Shown: positions 54,564 through 63,500, counted from the first letter of the stretch. The stretch: DNA of 64,000 nucleotides from a virus (IMGVR_UViG_2974616520_000001:49328-113327); one strand, 5' to 3'. Program-made: numbers and translations. The notes: a model not told the origin generated them from the sequence alone.

Positions 54564-54753
54564 ACAATTTGGGGAGGTGATACCAGAAAGATCGCTTGAG
54601 GTACTTCCAAACAACCTTGTAAACAGGCGGTACAAACTTATCCCCGTTTTTCATGTCCTCTTCCTGCGTTCTCAGTGCGTCATAACAGACCACATAGAGG
54701 AACCAGACAGTGAACATAATACAAAGGAAAATCAAGAAGAATCCTACATACAT
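54562..54753 (-). CDS. small membrane protein (63 aa)
   Basis: single strong hydrophobic helix. Confidence 0.4.
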   Translation of the reverse strand: MYVGFFLIFLCIMFTVWFLYVVCYDALRTQEEDMKNGDKFVPPVYKVVWKYLKRSFWYHLPKL

Positions 54754-54789
54754 GGCGAAGTTTCCAATGATTGCTGTGGGTATGTCTTT

Positions 54790-55221
54790 TTATAGAAGAC
54801 GCTTGGTCTTCGGCTTGCCCATTAGATGGACATCGATATAATAACCCGATTTCTTTATTGAGTTAATCATATGTTGCGTGCCGGTACTACTTCCATCCCA
54901 GAATGCGATTGAGCACAACAACGCATCCTTCAGATCACAGGTATCCTTGGCGTAATTGAACATCTCAACATTGCGCATAATACCGGCTTTCTTACCGTGC
55001 TCCTCCCACTGTTCTTTGGTAGCAGCAACTGTGTGGGTTGGAATACCCTGGCTGATGGCCCAGCGTTTACAGATTTTGTCGACGCCTTCAGCATCACCTT
55101 CTACCAGGCCGATGATCTGATTGGGAAGAATGCTGATCCGGAAGGCATCGAGCTTCTCCCAGATCTTGGTCTCGTCCGTGATTGAACGAGACCCTGTCAC
55201 CAAGACGATAACATTGCTCAT
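54790..55221 (-). CDS. SLOG/DUF2493-like Rossmann-fold protein (DprA/LOG-like)
   Basis: VIVLVTGSRSITDE...GLVEGDAEGVDKICKRWAISQGI...GKKAGIMRN pattern typical of DUF2493/SLOG. Confidence 0.45.
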   Translation of the reverse strand: MSNVIVLVTGSRSITDETKIWEKLDAFRISILPNQIIGLVEGDAEGVDKICKRWAISQGIPTHTVAATKEQWEEHGKKAGIMRNVEMFNYAKDTCDLKDALLCSIAFWDGSSTGTQHMINSIKKSGYYIDVHLMGKPKTKRLL

Positions 55222-55375
55222 GACAACGCCGCCACAAGTTCTGCTTTGACTGCATTAAACCTGGCAGTTGCTCTAACTTTCCAATCGTCATCTTCCGGAA
55301 GGCCAGACATAGTGTGGAGGGTTACAGCAGTATCCCTGAATTTCTTTAAGAGCAATTCAATTTCTTCAGAGCTCA
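55218..55375 (-). CDS. small hypothetical protein (~52 aa)
   Basis: ATG 55375; start uncertain. Confidence 0.25.
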
Positions 55376-55383
55376 TAAACACC

Positions 55384-55677
55384 TCAGAACAAGACCGTCT
55401 TTGGTTTGTTGATGTTATCGATCTCAACCAGACCGATACCCCTGCCGAAGCCGCATCCTGGGCGAACCTGAGTGACAGACATACCCATGTCATTCAGTAG
55501 ACCGAACAACGCTGTGTAGGTCAGATTAGCCTGGTTGCCTACCGGATGGTGGAACTGGACCTTGGTCTCACCTTTGGCCTTTGCCACCTTCAGGAAGTGC
55601 CAGATGCGATGATCAAGAAAGCGATCAACCAACTGCGGGTCGAGTTTCTTTTGTACAGTACGGGTGCGAGTTGCCAT
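55384..55677 (-). CDS. hypothetical protein (~97 aa)
   Basis: ATG 55677. Confidence 0.4.
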   Translation of the reverse strand: MATRTRTVQKKLDPQLVDRFLDHRIWHFLKVAKAKGETKVQFHHPVGNQANLTYTALFGLLNDMGMSVTQVRPGCGFGRGIGLVEIDNINKPKTVLF

Positions 55678-55678
55678 T

Positions 55679-56134
55679 TTATTTCTCCAGACGGAAGATC
55701 TGAGGATAACCACCAGGATGTTCAGCGCCAGTGATCAACACTTCAAAGCGAGAACCCTTCACCAGGCCAGGCAGCTCACCTTTGTCCAGCAGGCTCCGAA
55801 CCTGGTTCATGAATTCCAGGTAGGACTCTGCCTCTTTCCCCGGCTTTGGACGATCGATGTACAGGAAGCCTTCGGAATAATACTTACCTGACTCTTTGAA
55901 GTAGTCCAGGCGCATTTCCAGCTTGGTCGGATTCGGGACTTCGGTATAGCCGCTGTCAACCAGATCCTGACGCTCGCTATCGAACTCCTGGAAGTCAATC
56001 TCACCACCACTGACGCAGCTCAGGGTCTGAGAGAAGCGCACGTCCGATTTTCTGTCGGTGGAACGGTAAAACTCTTTGCGGAAAGGGGAGACATGCAGAT
56101 ACCCCTTGTCTGAAACGATGATTTTATTGCACAT
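55679..56134 (-). CDS. hypothetical protein (~151 aa)
   Basis: ATG 56134. Confidence 0.4.
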   Translation of the reverse strand: MCNKIIVSDKGYLHVSPFRKEFYRSTDRKSDVRFSQTLSCVSGGEIDFQEFDSERQDLVDSGYTEVPNPTKLEMRLDYFKESGKYYSEGFLYIDRPKPGKEAESYLEFMNQVRSLLDKGELPGLVKGSRFEVLITGAEHPGGYPQIFRLEK

Positions 56135-56162
56135 GGTATAGTCACTTCCTTTCAATTGTTGA

Positions 56163-56179
56163 GGGGCTAATATAGCCCC
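56163..56179 (-). other. intercistronic hairpin
   Basis: GGGGCTA-ata-TAGCCCC between stop 56188 and ATG 56134. Confidence 0.55.
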
Positions 56180-56187
56180 ATCATTAG

Positions 56188-56913
56188 TTATTGAATAACT
56201 GGTGTCCAGCCCGGTACGTTCAGACGGACCAAAGTACGCGTCACATCACAGTCAACCGGCAGCGATTCGTGAAGCATGGTCACGTTGCCTGCATATGCCA
56301 CGAATGGGTCCAGAATGATCTCATCCATGCCGGTCAGGGATAAGTGAGAGCAATCACCACCTTCGCCAGGGTTGCCCATGTAAGTCCCTGAGAGGGCACG
56401 GCAGGCACGCACATCAGAAGCCAGGATAATTCCTTCAGGCGTTGTGAAGTCGCAGTGCTTCCACGGCTCATAGCTATGGTCCCATTCGCCAGAGGCTGAA
56501 GCAGAATGACGAGCTGGCTGACCGCCGTGACCTTCGCGTACTGGGGTCCACTCGACTTCTTCAAAGCCGTCGTCTGGCTGTCCGCGACGGCGCTTCGGAC
56601 TTGGTGGCGGAGTACTCCCATGACGGCTCACACCACCATGAGCACGGACAGCCGGGTGCCAGTACCCGTCGATGTGCACACCGGGGCGGCGCTGGGCCGT
56701 ACCTGCTTTGACCACACCCTGGTCGATCATCAGATAGATAGGGCCGTCGGTGTCCACGCCTTCCAGCATAGCGTCTACAGTAGACTGCCAGCGACCACGG
56801 AGTTCAGGAGGTAGGCCGGTGCCCTTACGGAACTCACGCATGTAGACGCGCTCAGCCATGAATGACGGGAAAGCAACCAGCCCGCGCTGTTGTACAATGC
56901 TCTGGTTTACCAT
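56188..56913 (-). CDS. hypothetical protein (241 aa) in GC-rich island
   Basis: ORF with markedly higher GC (~60%) than neighbours; Pro/Gly/Arg/His-rich. Confidence 0.45.
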   Translation of the reverse strand: MVNQSIVQQRGLVAFPSFMAERVYMREFRKGTGLPPELRGRWQSTVDAMLEGVDTDGPIYLMIDQGVVKAGTAQRRPGVHIDGYWHPAVRAHGGVSRHGSTPPPSPKRRRGQPDDGFEEVEWTPVREGHGGQPARHSASASGEWDHSYEPWKHCDFTTPEGIILASDVRACRALSGTYMGNPGEGGDCSHLSLTGMDEIILDPFVAYAGNVTMLHESLPVDCDVTRTLVRLNVPGWTPVIQ

Positions 56914-57347
56914 GGTGCCTCCGAGGAGTATTTGTCTTCTTCAGAGCCAGTATCGTCGCCAATCGGGTTTTCAAAGCCGTACTTCACTGCAGTGGCCTTG
57001 AAGAGGGGCAGGCCGTACTGGGCGTAATTGTCTTCTGGGAAATCTTCCAGACCTTCTTCCAGCACCCAGTTCCACATCTGGACAACAGCAAACATCGTGC
57101 CAGCGCTGAGGCCGCGACGGTTCAGTGCCTTTTCAAAGCCGAAGTCAACATCCTTCTGCAGCTGGGCCAGAACGTTCTCACGAGTGAACTCAACCGGCTT
57201 ATGTTCAGCGCGGGCTTCTGGAGTGTTGAATTCCATGCCAAGGGATTCGATCTGCTCAACAGTCAAAAACTGTGCCAGACGGTTCAGATCACGCCCATCC
57301 AGAGTCTGGGATTTGTGTTGAGACAGAATTTGTTCGATAGTTTTCAT
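56907..57347 (-). CDS. hypothetical acidic protein (~146 aa)
   Basis: ATG 57347 (track start 57368 is TTG). Confidence 0.4.
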   Translation of the reverse strand: MKTIEQILSQHKSQTLDGRDLNRLAQFLTVEQIESLGMEFNTPEARAEHKPVEFTRENVLAQLQKDVDFGFEKALNRRGLSAGTMFAVVQMWNWVLEEGLEDFPEDNYAQYGLPLFKATAVKYGFENPIGDDTGSEEDKYSSEAPW

Positions 57348-57357
57348 GATATAGCCC

Positions 57358-57612
57358 TTACAGTTCAAGGTTAGAGGATACGGGTTCTTCGTATTCCCAC
57401 TTGTAGGTGGTCACAGTATCGTGTTCACTCGGGGCCGTCAGTGTGCGGCCCACCTGGGATTCGGGGACAAAGGTGCTCTCAAAGCGAGACAGGTACAAAC
57501 GGCTCTCGCCTGCTACCATTTTGCGTCGAAACTGGAAGAACTCCGTGACAGTCTTCTCATCGTCAAACCGACGAATCTGTGTAGTGCGCTTGAGCCATTC
57601 TACCATTTTCAC
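57358..57612 (-). CDS. hypothetical protein (84 aa)
   Basis: ORF. Confidence 0.35.
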   Translation of the reverse strand: MKMVEWLKRTTQIRRFDDEKTVTEFFQFRRKMVAGESRLYLSRFESTFVPESQVGRTLTAPSEHDTVTTYKWEYEEPVSSNLEL

Positions 57613-57647
57613 ACCTCCGCCAACGGGACCGAAGCCCCGCTTTCAGA

Positions 57648-58115
57648 TTAAAGGTTGAAGTTGCCGAAGTTGTTGATCTTATCAGCAATGTGCATTGCAG
57701 CAACATGTTCAGAGAAGATCTGACGCTTGCCCCAGGCACCCGGTACATAAGAGATGACAATGTAACTATCAATAATGGAGGCGTCAAGGAAGTTGCGGTC
57801 TTCTTCGATAAACGCAACACCCACACCGAACTCATCCATCAGAGCGATCAGCTTACCGGCGAACTGTTCCTGGGTGTAAAGGATCTTGCCGAGCATTTCA
57901 ACAGCCAGGTTACGGACCATTTTGCGCTGGGCTTGGAAGAAGACCATTTCAACACAACCCACTTTGCTGAGGATGTGTAATACGCGGCCAGCAAATTCAG
58001 GGCCGTTCACCCATGCCTGCTCAGCAATAGCTTCTTTAGAAACCATGTGCAGGTCTTCCTGACACTGACGGATAAACTCAAACGGGTTGATCGACAGATC
58101 TTTGATAGGGGTCAT
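57648..58115 (-). CDS. hypothetical protein (~155 aa)
   Basis: ATG 58115. Confidence 0.4.
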   Translation of the reverse strand: MTPIKDLSINPFEFIRQCQEDLHMVSKEAIAEQAWVNGPEFAGRVLHILSKVGCVEMVFFQAQRKMVRNLAVEMLGKILYTQEQFAGKLIALMDEFGVGVAFIEEDRNFLDASIIDSYIVISYVPGAWGKRQIFSEHVAAMHIADKINNFGNFNL

Positions 58116-58187
58116 GATATAGGTCTCGCTTTTCAAGGAATGACTAAGTTTACTACTGCGCTCATTTATTGAACGCAGTGTGTAAAA

Positions 58188-58553
58188 TCAGGCATTAGCT
58201 AAGATGGTGTCATAACCGGCGATCATTTCTTCAAGCACGATGATAGCACAGGAAAGAGCCACATTGTACTTCATGATTTGCAATATGTGACCGCGATTGT
58301 ACTCGATGTCAGAGACAATTCTTTCAGCCACCTCAAGCGAAAATCGGGTGGCAGTAGCAAAGGAGTTTGAAGGGCGTGAACAAGAGCCTGACACCATGTA
58401 AGACTGAAGACCACCTGCGTCAACAAAGATGTACTGCTCGCCGACCAGGCCGGACAACTCTTGCTCTTCAGCCTGCAGGCGCTTGAAGGTAGCCAGGCAT
58501 TCCACGGCGTGCTTACGGAAATCAGCAATCAGGTTTTTGTTGATGTCGTTCAT
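58188..58553 (-). CDS. hypothetical protein (121 aa)
   Basis: ORF. Confidence 0.4.
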   Translation of the reverse strand: MNDINKNLIADFRKHAVECLATFKRLQAEEQELSGLVGEQYIFVDAGGLQSYMVSGSCSRPSNSFATATRFSLEVAERIVSDIEYNRGHILQIMKYNVALSCAIIVLEEMIAGYDTILANA

Positions 58554-58580
58554 GATAAAGTTCCTTCAGTTTCAACGGAG

Positions 58581-58820
58581 TTAAAGGGTGACGTAAGCCT
58601 GAGCTTCAGTGGCCTTGGCAACCAGGGCGGCTTCAGCAGCCTTCAGAGCTGGTTTGAATTCAGACATGCCGCTGTGGACAACCAGGAAGTGCTGGGTATC
58701 AACTTCTTTTACCAGTTTGCGCAGTTCGGTAGCAGCGCGGCGCTTGGCAGTAGCCTGACCTTTCTTGGCCGGAAGATCAGAGAATGCGGTGGCGAATTCG
58801 TAAGCTTGGATGCGGTTCAT
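58581..58820 (-). CDS. hypothetical protein (79 aa), first gene after early promoter
   Basis: ATG 58820 with AGGA RBS. Confidence 0.45.
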   Translation of the reverse strand: MNRIQAYEFATAFSDLPAKKGQATAKRRAATELRKLVKEVDTQHFLVVHSGMSEFKPALKAAEAALVAKATEAQAYVTL

Positions 58821-58878
58821 GGTGTAGATCCTTCAGTTCAAGTTGTTCGGTTGCGGCTGTGTACCGCCGATGAATTGA

Positions 58879-58909
58879 ACTATACGGCAGTTATTGAACT
58901 TAGTAAAGC
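58879..58909 (-). promoter_or_regulatory. T4-early-like promoter (GCTTTACT -35, 17-nt spacer, TATAGT -10) with A/T UP element
   Basis: near-identical 60-bp to element at 20495-20556. Confidence 0.55.
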
Positions 58910-58948
58910 TTGTTCAATAAAATAATTAAAAATATTTTGAACAAAAGA

Positions 58949-58969
58949 AAGCCCTCACTTGGAGGGCTT
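58949..58969. terminator. bidirectional rho-independent terminator
   Basis: AAGCCCTC-acttg-GAGGGCTT with T-rich tracts on both strands. Confidence 0.55.
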
Positions 58970-59108
58970 GATTTTACTGATTATCTTCAAGGGTCTTGTC
59001 AATCTCTTCGGCATTATCACCATTGGATTCACAGAAGGACTCAAACATCGACCAGTTGGCAGCCAGGAACTCCCGGACGCGCATCAGTTCATATTCCATT
59101 TACTTCTC

Positions 59109-59468
59109 CTACTTTATACGGGTGATCTTACGGAAGTCGGTTTCTACTGATTCACCGACGTCTAACTTCAGAACTTTGCCATCCCAGAACCAGGACATGT
59201 CCATGGTGGAGCCAGGGGCGCGGTTTGCCAGGTATTGTGGTGGCCGGTGGCCAGGGACGAATTCGGGCTTGGCCTCAGGGAATTCCAGGTGCGTTATCTT
59301 AAACTGCTTCCACCGAATGCCAGCACAGCCTTCACAATTACAGGGGCGCTCAAGTGGTCTACAGAAGACGCAGTGACAACCGCCACCATAAGGCCGTTTG
59401 TCAATCTTGTGAGGATGAACGTGGCCTGTCAAAGCACTCCCTCCCGGAAGCAGATCCAAATGATACAA
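59109..59468 (-). CDS. Cys/His-rich putative zinc-binding protein, possibly degenerate HNH-like; start uncertain
   Basis: GHVHPHKIDKRPYGGGCHCVFCRPLERPCNCEGC; track start is TTG, no in-frame ATG until near C-terminus. Confidence 0.3.
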   Translation of the reverse strand: MYHLDLLPGGSALTGHVHPHKIDKRPYGGGCHCVFCRPLERPCNCEGCAGIRWKQFKITHLEFPEAKPEFVPGHRPPQYLANRAPGSTMDMSWFWDGKVLKLDVGESVETDFRKITRIK

Positions 59469-59638
59469 TCACGGAGGGTGCCAGCGTTAAACAGAGTAGT
59501 AGCGCCTGACCAACTCACATACCAGGTGCCTGATTCCAGACCTTTGGATACCCGGTAATTCTGTTTGTTGGCGGTCACGAGCCATTGGCCTTTAACGCCG
59601 CGTTTGACTTTGTAGTCATATACTGATTTGCGTGCCAT
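59429..59638 (-). CDS. small hypothetical protein (~69 aa)
   Basis: ATG 59638 (MARKSVY...). Confidence 0.3.
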   Translation of the reverse strand: MARKSVYDYKVKRGVKGQWLVTANKQNYRVSKGLESGTWYVSWSGATTLFNAGTLRDCIIWICFREGVL

Positions 59639-59826
59639 TATAACCACCACCCATCAATGAAAGAGTCAATGTGTTCGTTCATAGCCTTCTTCGCACGTTT
59701 GGCTTCAGCTACAATTGCGGCGCGGTCTTCTGGATCCTGAGAGCCAGAGTTAGAGAGTGCTATCTGGGCTTTGGTATGGGCGCTGATGAGCCGCTTCATC
59801 TTTCTTATGTCAGTTTGTGATGCCAT
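59638..59826 (-). CDS. small hypothetical protein (62 aa)
   Basis: ORF. Confidence 0.3.
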   Translation of the reverse strand: MASQTDIRKMKRLISAHTKAQIALSNSGSQDPEDRAAIVAEAKRAKKAMNEHIDSFIDGWWL

Positions 59827-59887
59827 GATTTAGTTCCTGCGTTTCAATGAATGAGGGCAATTATACGGCGGGTTGGTTTATTGAATA

Positions 59888-59919
59888 CTAGAAATGAAAA
59901 AGCCCTCCGAAGAGGGCTT
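59888..59919 (-). terminator. UUCG-tetraloop rho-independent terminator, copy 1 of 32-bp direct repeat
   Basis: TAGAAATGAAAAAGCCCTCCGAAGAGGGCTT; mRNA AAGCCCUC-UUCG-GAGGGCUU-UUUUC. Confidence 0.65.
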
Positions 59920-59922
59920 ATA

Positions 59923-60213
59923 TCAGTTTGCTGGGGTACGGCTCTTGTTAATCTGTTCGGGGTCATAATACTCACCGACGTTGGAACGGATCACGTCGAG
60001 GTGAGAATGAATCTCTTCCAGGATTGCCCCAGTGCGGTTCTGTTGGTATTCTAACGCCTGCAGCAAAGAAATCGTTTCGTGTGGGTCATCAGCCTTAAGA
60101 GTGGAAGGAAACTCCCCACTCAGCTGGATACGCAGATTACGCAGGTTGCGACAGAGGTCTTCCAGGCGATCGTTGTCATTGCGCTGACCGATATAGAATT
60201 CAGAAATGTTCAT
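59923..60213 (-). CDS. hypothetical protein (96 aa)
   Basis: ORF between homing endonuclease and terminator copy 1. Confidence 0.4.
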   Translation of the reverse strand: MNISEFYIGQRNDNDRLEDLCRNLRNLRIQLSGEFPSTLKADDPHETISLLQALEYQQNRTGAILEEIHSHLDVIRSNVGEYYDPEQINKSRTPAN

Positions 60214-60305
60214 GATAAAGCCTTCATAGTAGTGGGTAGGCTTACATTATAAAGGGGGTGGGATGCAAGACCTAACCGAGTATTTTATGGTGACCATTAT
60301 TCAAG

Positions 60306-61160
60306 TTAATGGAAGTCTTTCACCCAATCAGAATCCTGAGAGGGTATCCAGCCATCATATTTGAACATCTTGTACATGTTGTAGAATGTGCGCACATTGA
60401 GACCGTCGTGCATACGGTTACAAAAGCGCTCGTGACCCCAGCCTTCGTTCTTCCACAGCTGATAGAACTGGTCAGCCTTGGCCCATGCATCACGTAAAGG
60501 TTGTGCCCGATTCGTTTGCCAGATCCTCAGAGTCGCGTTACGGGCCTTGTTGGTGGCTGATACCTGAGCACCGAACCCTTCGGGCTTCTTACGTCCTTTC
60601 AGAGCGTTTGAGATCTTGGCGAGTTCTTCTGGGGTCTTCTCACGAGAACTTGTTGTAGCTGCTATCCGGGTGCGGAGTTCTTTATACTCAGGTGTCTGTT
60701 GGTAGGCTTTGACTGCTTCACGCTGTACCTGAGACCATGTGGTGCCAATTTTGCTTTCTCGCATATTTTGGCGGCCAACACTGTCAACCTTTCTCCCCAA
60801 GTTTGATTCACTAATCTTTCTCTTCGTCTCTTCTGAACGTGGACCAAATGAGCCAAGGTATACCGGCGTCCCGTCTTTCTTACATAGGAACATGTTCAGA
60901 CATTTTGGATGATCTGTTATCTCAATGATATATGATGCTTCAACCTGCAGGGCTTCCATAGATGAGGAACATAGCTGGACCACCTCATACATGAAGTAAT
61001 CCTTTCCATGTTCTTTGATCAACTGATGAACAATTTTAGAAGATGAAAAGTAGGAAACGCCAAGTTCATCAGGATGACAGCCCTGAGCGTGGCGGCATCC
61101 GTAATAGAGATGCCCGTCTTTGGACACCATGGAGTAGACATAGGGTTGGGTTGGTTTCAT
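60306..61160 (-). mobile_element. GIY-YIG homing endonuclease with NUMOD3 DNA-binding repeats (Seg-like)
   Basis: N-terminal YVYSMVSKDGHLYYG (GIY-YIG-type) and two NUMOD3-like motifs (ETKRKISESNLGRK; PEELAKISNALKGRKK); located right after gp23 like T4 segD. Confidence 0.65.
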
Positions 61161-61206
61161 TGGTTTGGCCTCAATTGATTAACTGAAGCCAGTATACCCC
61201 ATATCT

Positions 61207-61238
61207 TAGAAATGAAAAAGCCCTCCGAAGAGGGCTTT
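61207..61238 (-). terminator. UUCG-tetraloop terminator downstream of gp23, copy 2 of 32-bp direct repeat
   Basis: identical 32-bp to 59888-59919. Confidence 0.65.
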
Positions 61239-61263
61239 TAAGTTATTGTTTAACAACAACTTA

Positions 61264-62589
61264 TCAGAAGAGATTTTTTATTAACGCTTTCCGGAAATAT
61301 GGATTGCTGTCTTTCGCGATGCCGTCGGAGGTAACGTACACCTGTGGATCCTGACCAGCAGGGATCTGCACAAATGGGTTAGCAGCCAGGCCGTAACGAG
61401 TTTTGAACGCCATGCGTGGTGCGAAGGTGCTCTCGCCCTGAGTTTTGTACATCTCCAACGGCACGTAAGGTGCGTAGAAGATACCAGCATCCAGAGCAGT
61501 TGCGCCTTTGAACGCTACGGTGATGTAGTCAGCAATTGCATACGGGTCGATATAGACGCGCATACCGTTGGACAGCACACCAGCGAAGGTCTGACCAGTT
61601 GGGTCAACAGCCAGGCTTGCCTGTGAGTTCAGCGCTGGGCTATAATCCAGCATACCGGCCATCGCCAGGGCAGACGCCACGTTTGGAGAACACAGAACAC
61701 GGTTGCCTTTACCACGACGGGTTTCGACAGCGATCTGGTTCGCTTCAACTTCCAGCACGAACAGCATGTATTTCCATTTCTCCAGAGCCCAACGGCCTGA
61801 AGTGTTGGTGTTCATGTCGATCACGCCGTTGGCACCGTGCTTGCTCACACGCTTAGCACTGAAGTTCATGGTACGAATGAACTCACGGTTCATTTCAGAC
61901 TGAATTTCAGTTACCATCACGTCGGACAGGATTGCGTCAACGTCTTCGCCGTGGATCGCCATCATATCCTGACGCAGCTCGTGAGAGTAGTCAGCATACA
62001 GGCCACGAGACTTCGCAGTCACGCTGGCTTTCTGGATAGTGATACCAACACGCGCCCATGGCTGTGCAGGTGAACCCAGCTGCTCGGCCTTAACGGTATC
62101 CATCGCTTTACCGACAGAGCTCACGCCAGTGCCGGAACCTTCGATATCAACCTGGTCGAAGCCAGATGGATCGCCTGAGTGAACAGTGGTCTGATCACCA
62201 GAGTAGTTGGTCTGCGCTTCATCCACGAACAGCTCACGACGAGACTGCTGGGTGTTAGAAGCATCGGCAACGCCCTGACGAGCACGCAGTGCGAAGATCT
62301 GACCATCAGGACCAGCCAGAGGCTGAACACCGAAGAAGTCCATCGCGATGTTGTTAGGGGCCAGACGCTTAGCCATATCGATCAGAACTGGCTGCCATTT
62401 GCCCACGTTGGCGTTAACAGAAGCAGGTGCTTCAGATTCGCCCAGGTTTTTAGCATTCCATTCTGCCTGGTTCTGCAGAAGGCGGATTGAAACGTTTTCG
62501 GCAGACAGTGGCTGGATCTGAGTAGACTCTTGCTCCAGTACTGGCTTCCACATTTCGCGCATTGCTTCGGTAACGAGTTTCTGTGACAT
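61264..62589 (-). CDS. major capsid protein, gp23-like
   Basis: 441 aa immediately after gp22-like scaffold gene; gp23/gp24-family-like C-terminal region; strong terminator downstream. Confidence 0.7.
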   Translation of the reverse strand: MSQKLVTEAMREMWKPVLEQESTQIQPLSAENVSIRLLQNQAEWNAKNLGESEAPASVNANVGKWQPVLIDMAKRLAPNNIAMDFFGVQPLAGPDGQIFALRARQGVADASNTQQSRRELFVDEAQTNYSGDQTTVHSGDPSGFDQVDIEGSGTGVSSVGKAMDTVKAEQLGSPAQPWARVGITIQKASVTAKSRGLYADYSHELRQDMMAIHGEDVDAILSDVMVTEIQSEMNREFIRTMNFSAKRVSKHGANGVIDMNTNTSGRWALEKWKYMLFVLEVEANQIAVETRRGKGNRVLCSPNVASALAMAGMLDYSPALNSQASLAVDPTGQTFAGVLSNGMRVYIDPYAIADYITVAFKGATALDAGIFYAPYVPLEMYKTQGESTFAPRMAFKTRYGLAANPFVQIPAGQDPQVYVTSDGIAKDSNPYFRKALIKNLF

Positions 62590-62626
62590 GATCTAATTCC
62601 TTACTGAGTTCAGTTCGTTGTTGAAG

Positions 62627-62634
62627 ATATTTAG
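62627..62634 (-). promoter_or_regulatory. late-promoter variant CACTAAATA upstream of gp23
   Basis: minus strand TCACTAAATATC 38 nt upstream of ATG 62589. Confidence 0.4.
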
Positions 62635-62674
62635 TGATAAAATTTCAACCCCCTTTCGAGGGTTGAGAAACCCG

Positions 62675-63466
62675 TTAACCATTAACTGGTTTGTTACGTG
62701 CCAGGGTAGCTGCGATCTGAGCCTGGATAGACTCATTCACTTCTTTATTGGCTTCATCTTTGTCGGTCTTTTTCGGATCTTTGTCTTTACCGTCAGGATC
62801 CTTGTCCTTGCCTTCGTCACCATCAGTAGGCTTTTTGCCTTCGATCAGGTTACGATAACGCTGTACACGTGCTGTGTAAGAAGGCGCATCTTTGAATGGA
62901 ACGCCTTCCAGCAGGTTAGTGATGGTCTCTTTCTGAGTATCAGCCAGACCTTCAGTAACAGTTGCGAACACCGCCAGGCGGGCCGCTTCATTCTGAGATT
63001 CGCGAATCTCATGCAGCTGGCTTTCAACCTGAGTACGCGCCTGGGTTTCGCTTTCCAGCTTCAGCTGAAGCTCAGCAATCACGCCTTCAGCATCGCCAGT
63101 AACCTGCAGCTGGGTTTCAGCGAACAGATGAGCCAGACCAGCTAGCAGCTTTTCAGCAGACTCGACTTTCAGCTGACCATCGATCACAGGAGCGTTTTCG
63201 TTAGCCCATTCCAGTACCGCAGCATTCAGGAAGGCATTCAGTTTCGTTTCCATGTTAACGGTGAAACTTTCTTCCAGAGTGGCGATCTCTTGCGTGTGTG
63301 CTTCTTTGATAGCCAGCAGTTCAGCATCGAACTTCTGCTCAGCTTCAACAACAGCAGCCAGTTTGCTTTCTTCGACCTTTGACTCAAACACTGCAGTCAG
63401 TTGGGTCAGGAATTCAGGTTTGAAGCCTTCAGCGCCCTCAAACAGTTTCTTCAATTCTTCGTTCAT
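62675..63466 (-). CDS. prohead core scaffold protein, gp22-like
   Basis: 263 aa, highly acidic, predicted all-helical with KD-rich C-terminal tail; position between gp21-like and gp23-like. Confidence 0.6.
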   Translation of the reverse strand: MNEELKKLFEGAEGFKPEFLTQLTAVFESKVEESKLAAVVEAEQKFDAELLAIKEAHTQEIATLEESFTVNMETKLNAFLNAAVLEWANENAPVIDGQLKVESAEKLLAGLAHLFAETQLQVTGDAEGVIAELQLKLESETQARTQVESQLHEIRESQNEAARLAVFATVTEGLADTQKETITNLLEGVPFKDAPSYTARVQRYRNLIEGKKPTDGDEGKDKDPDGKDKDPKKTDKDEANKEVNESIQAQIAATLARNKPVNG

Positions 63467-63492
63467 TTTAAACTTCCTCTGAGCAGTTTTCA

Positions 63493-63500
63493 GTATTTAG
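63493..63500 (-). promoter_or_regulatory. late-promoter variant CACTAAATA upstream of gp22
   Basis: minus strand TCACTAAATACTG 27 nt upstream of ATG 63466. Confidence 0.4.

Noticed and set aside
59888-61238. Direct repeats considered as a CRISPR-like array
   Set aside because: Only two copies 1.3 kb apart that are themselves terminator hairpins flanking a homing endonuclease; no short regular spacers.
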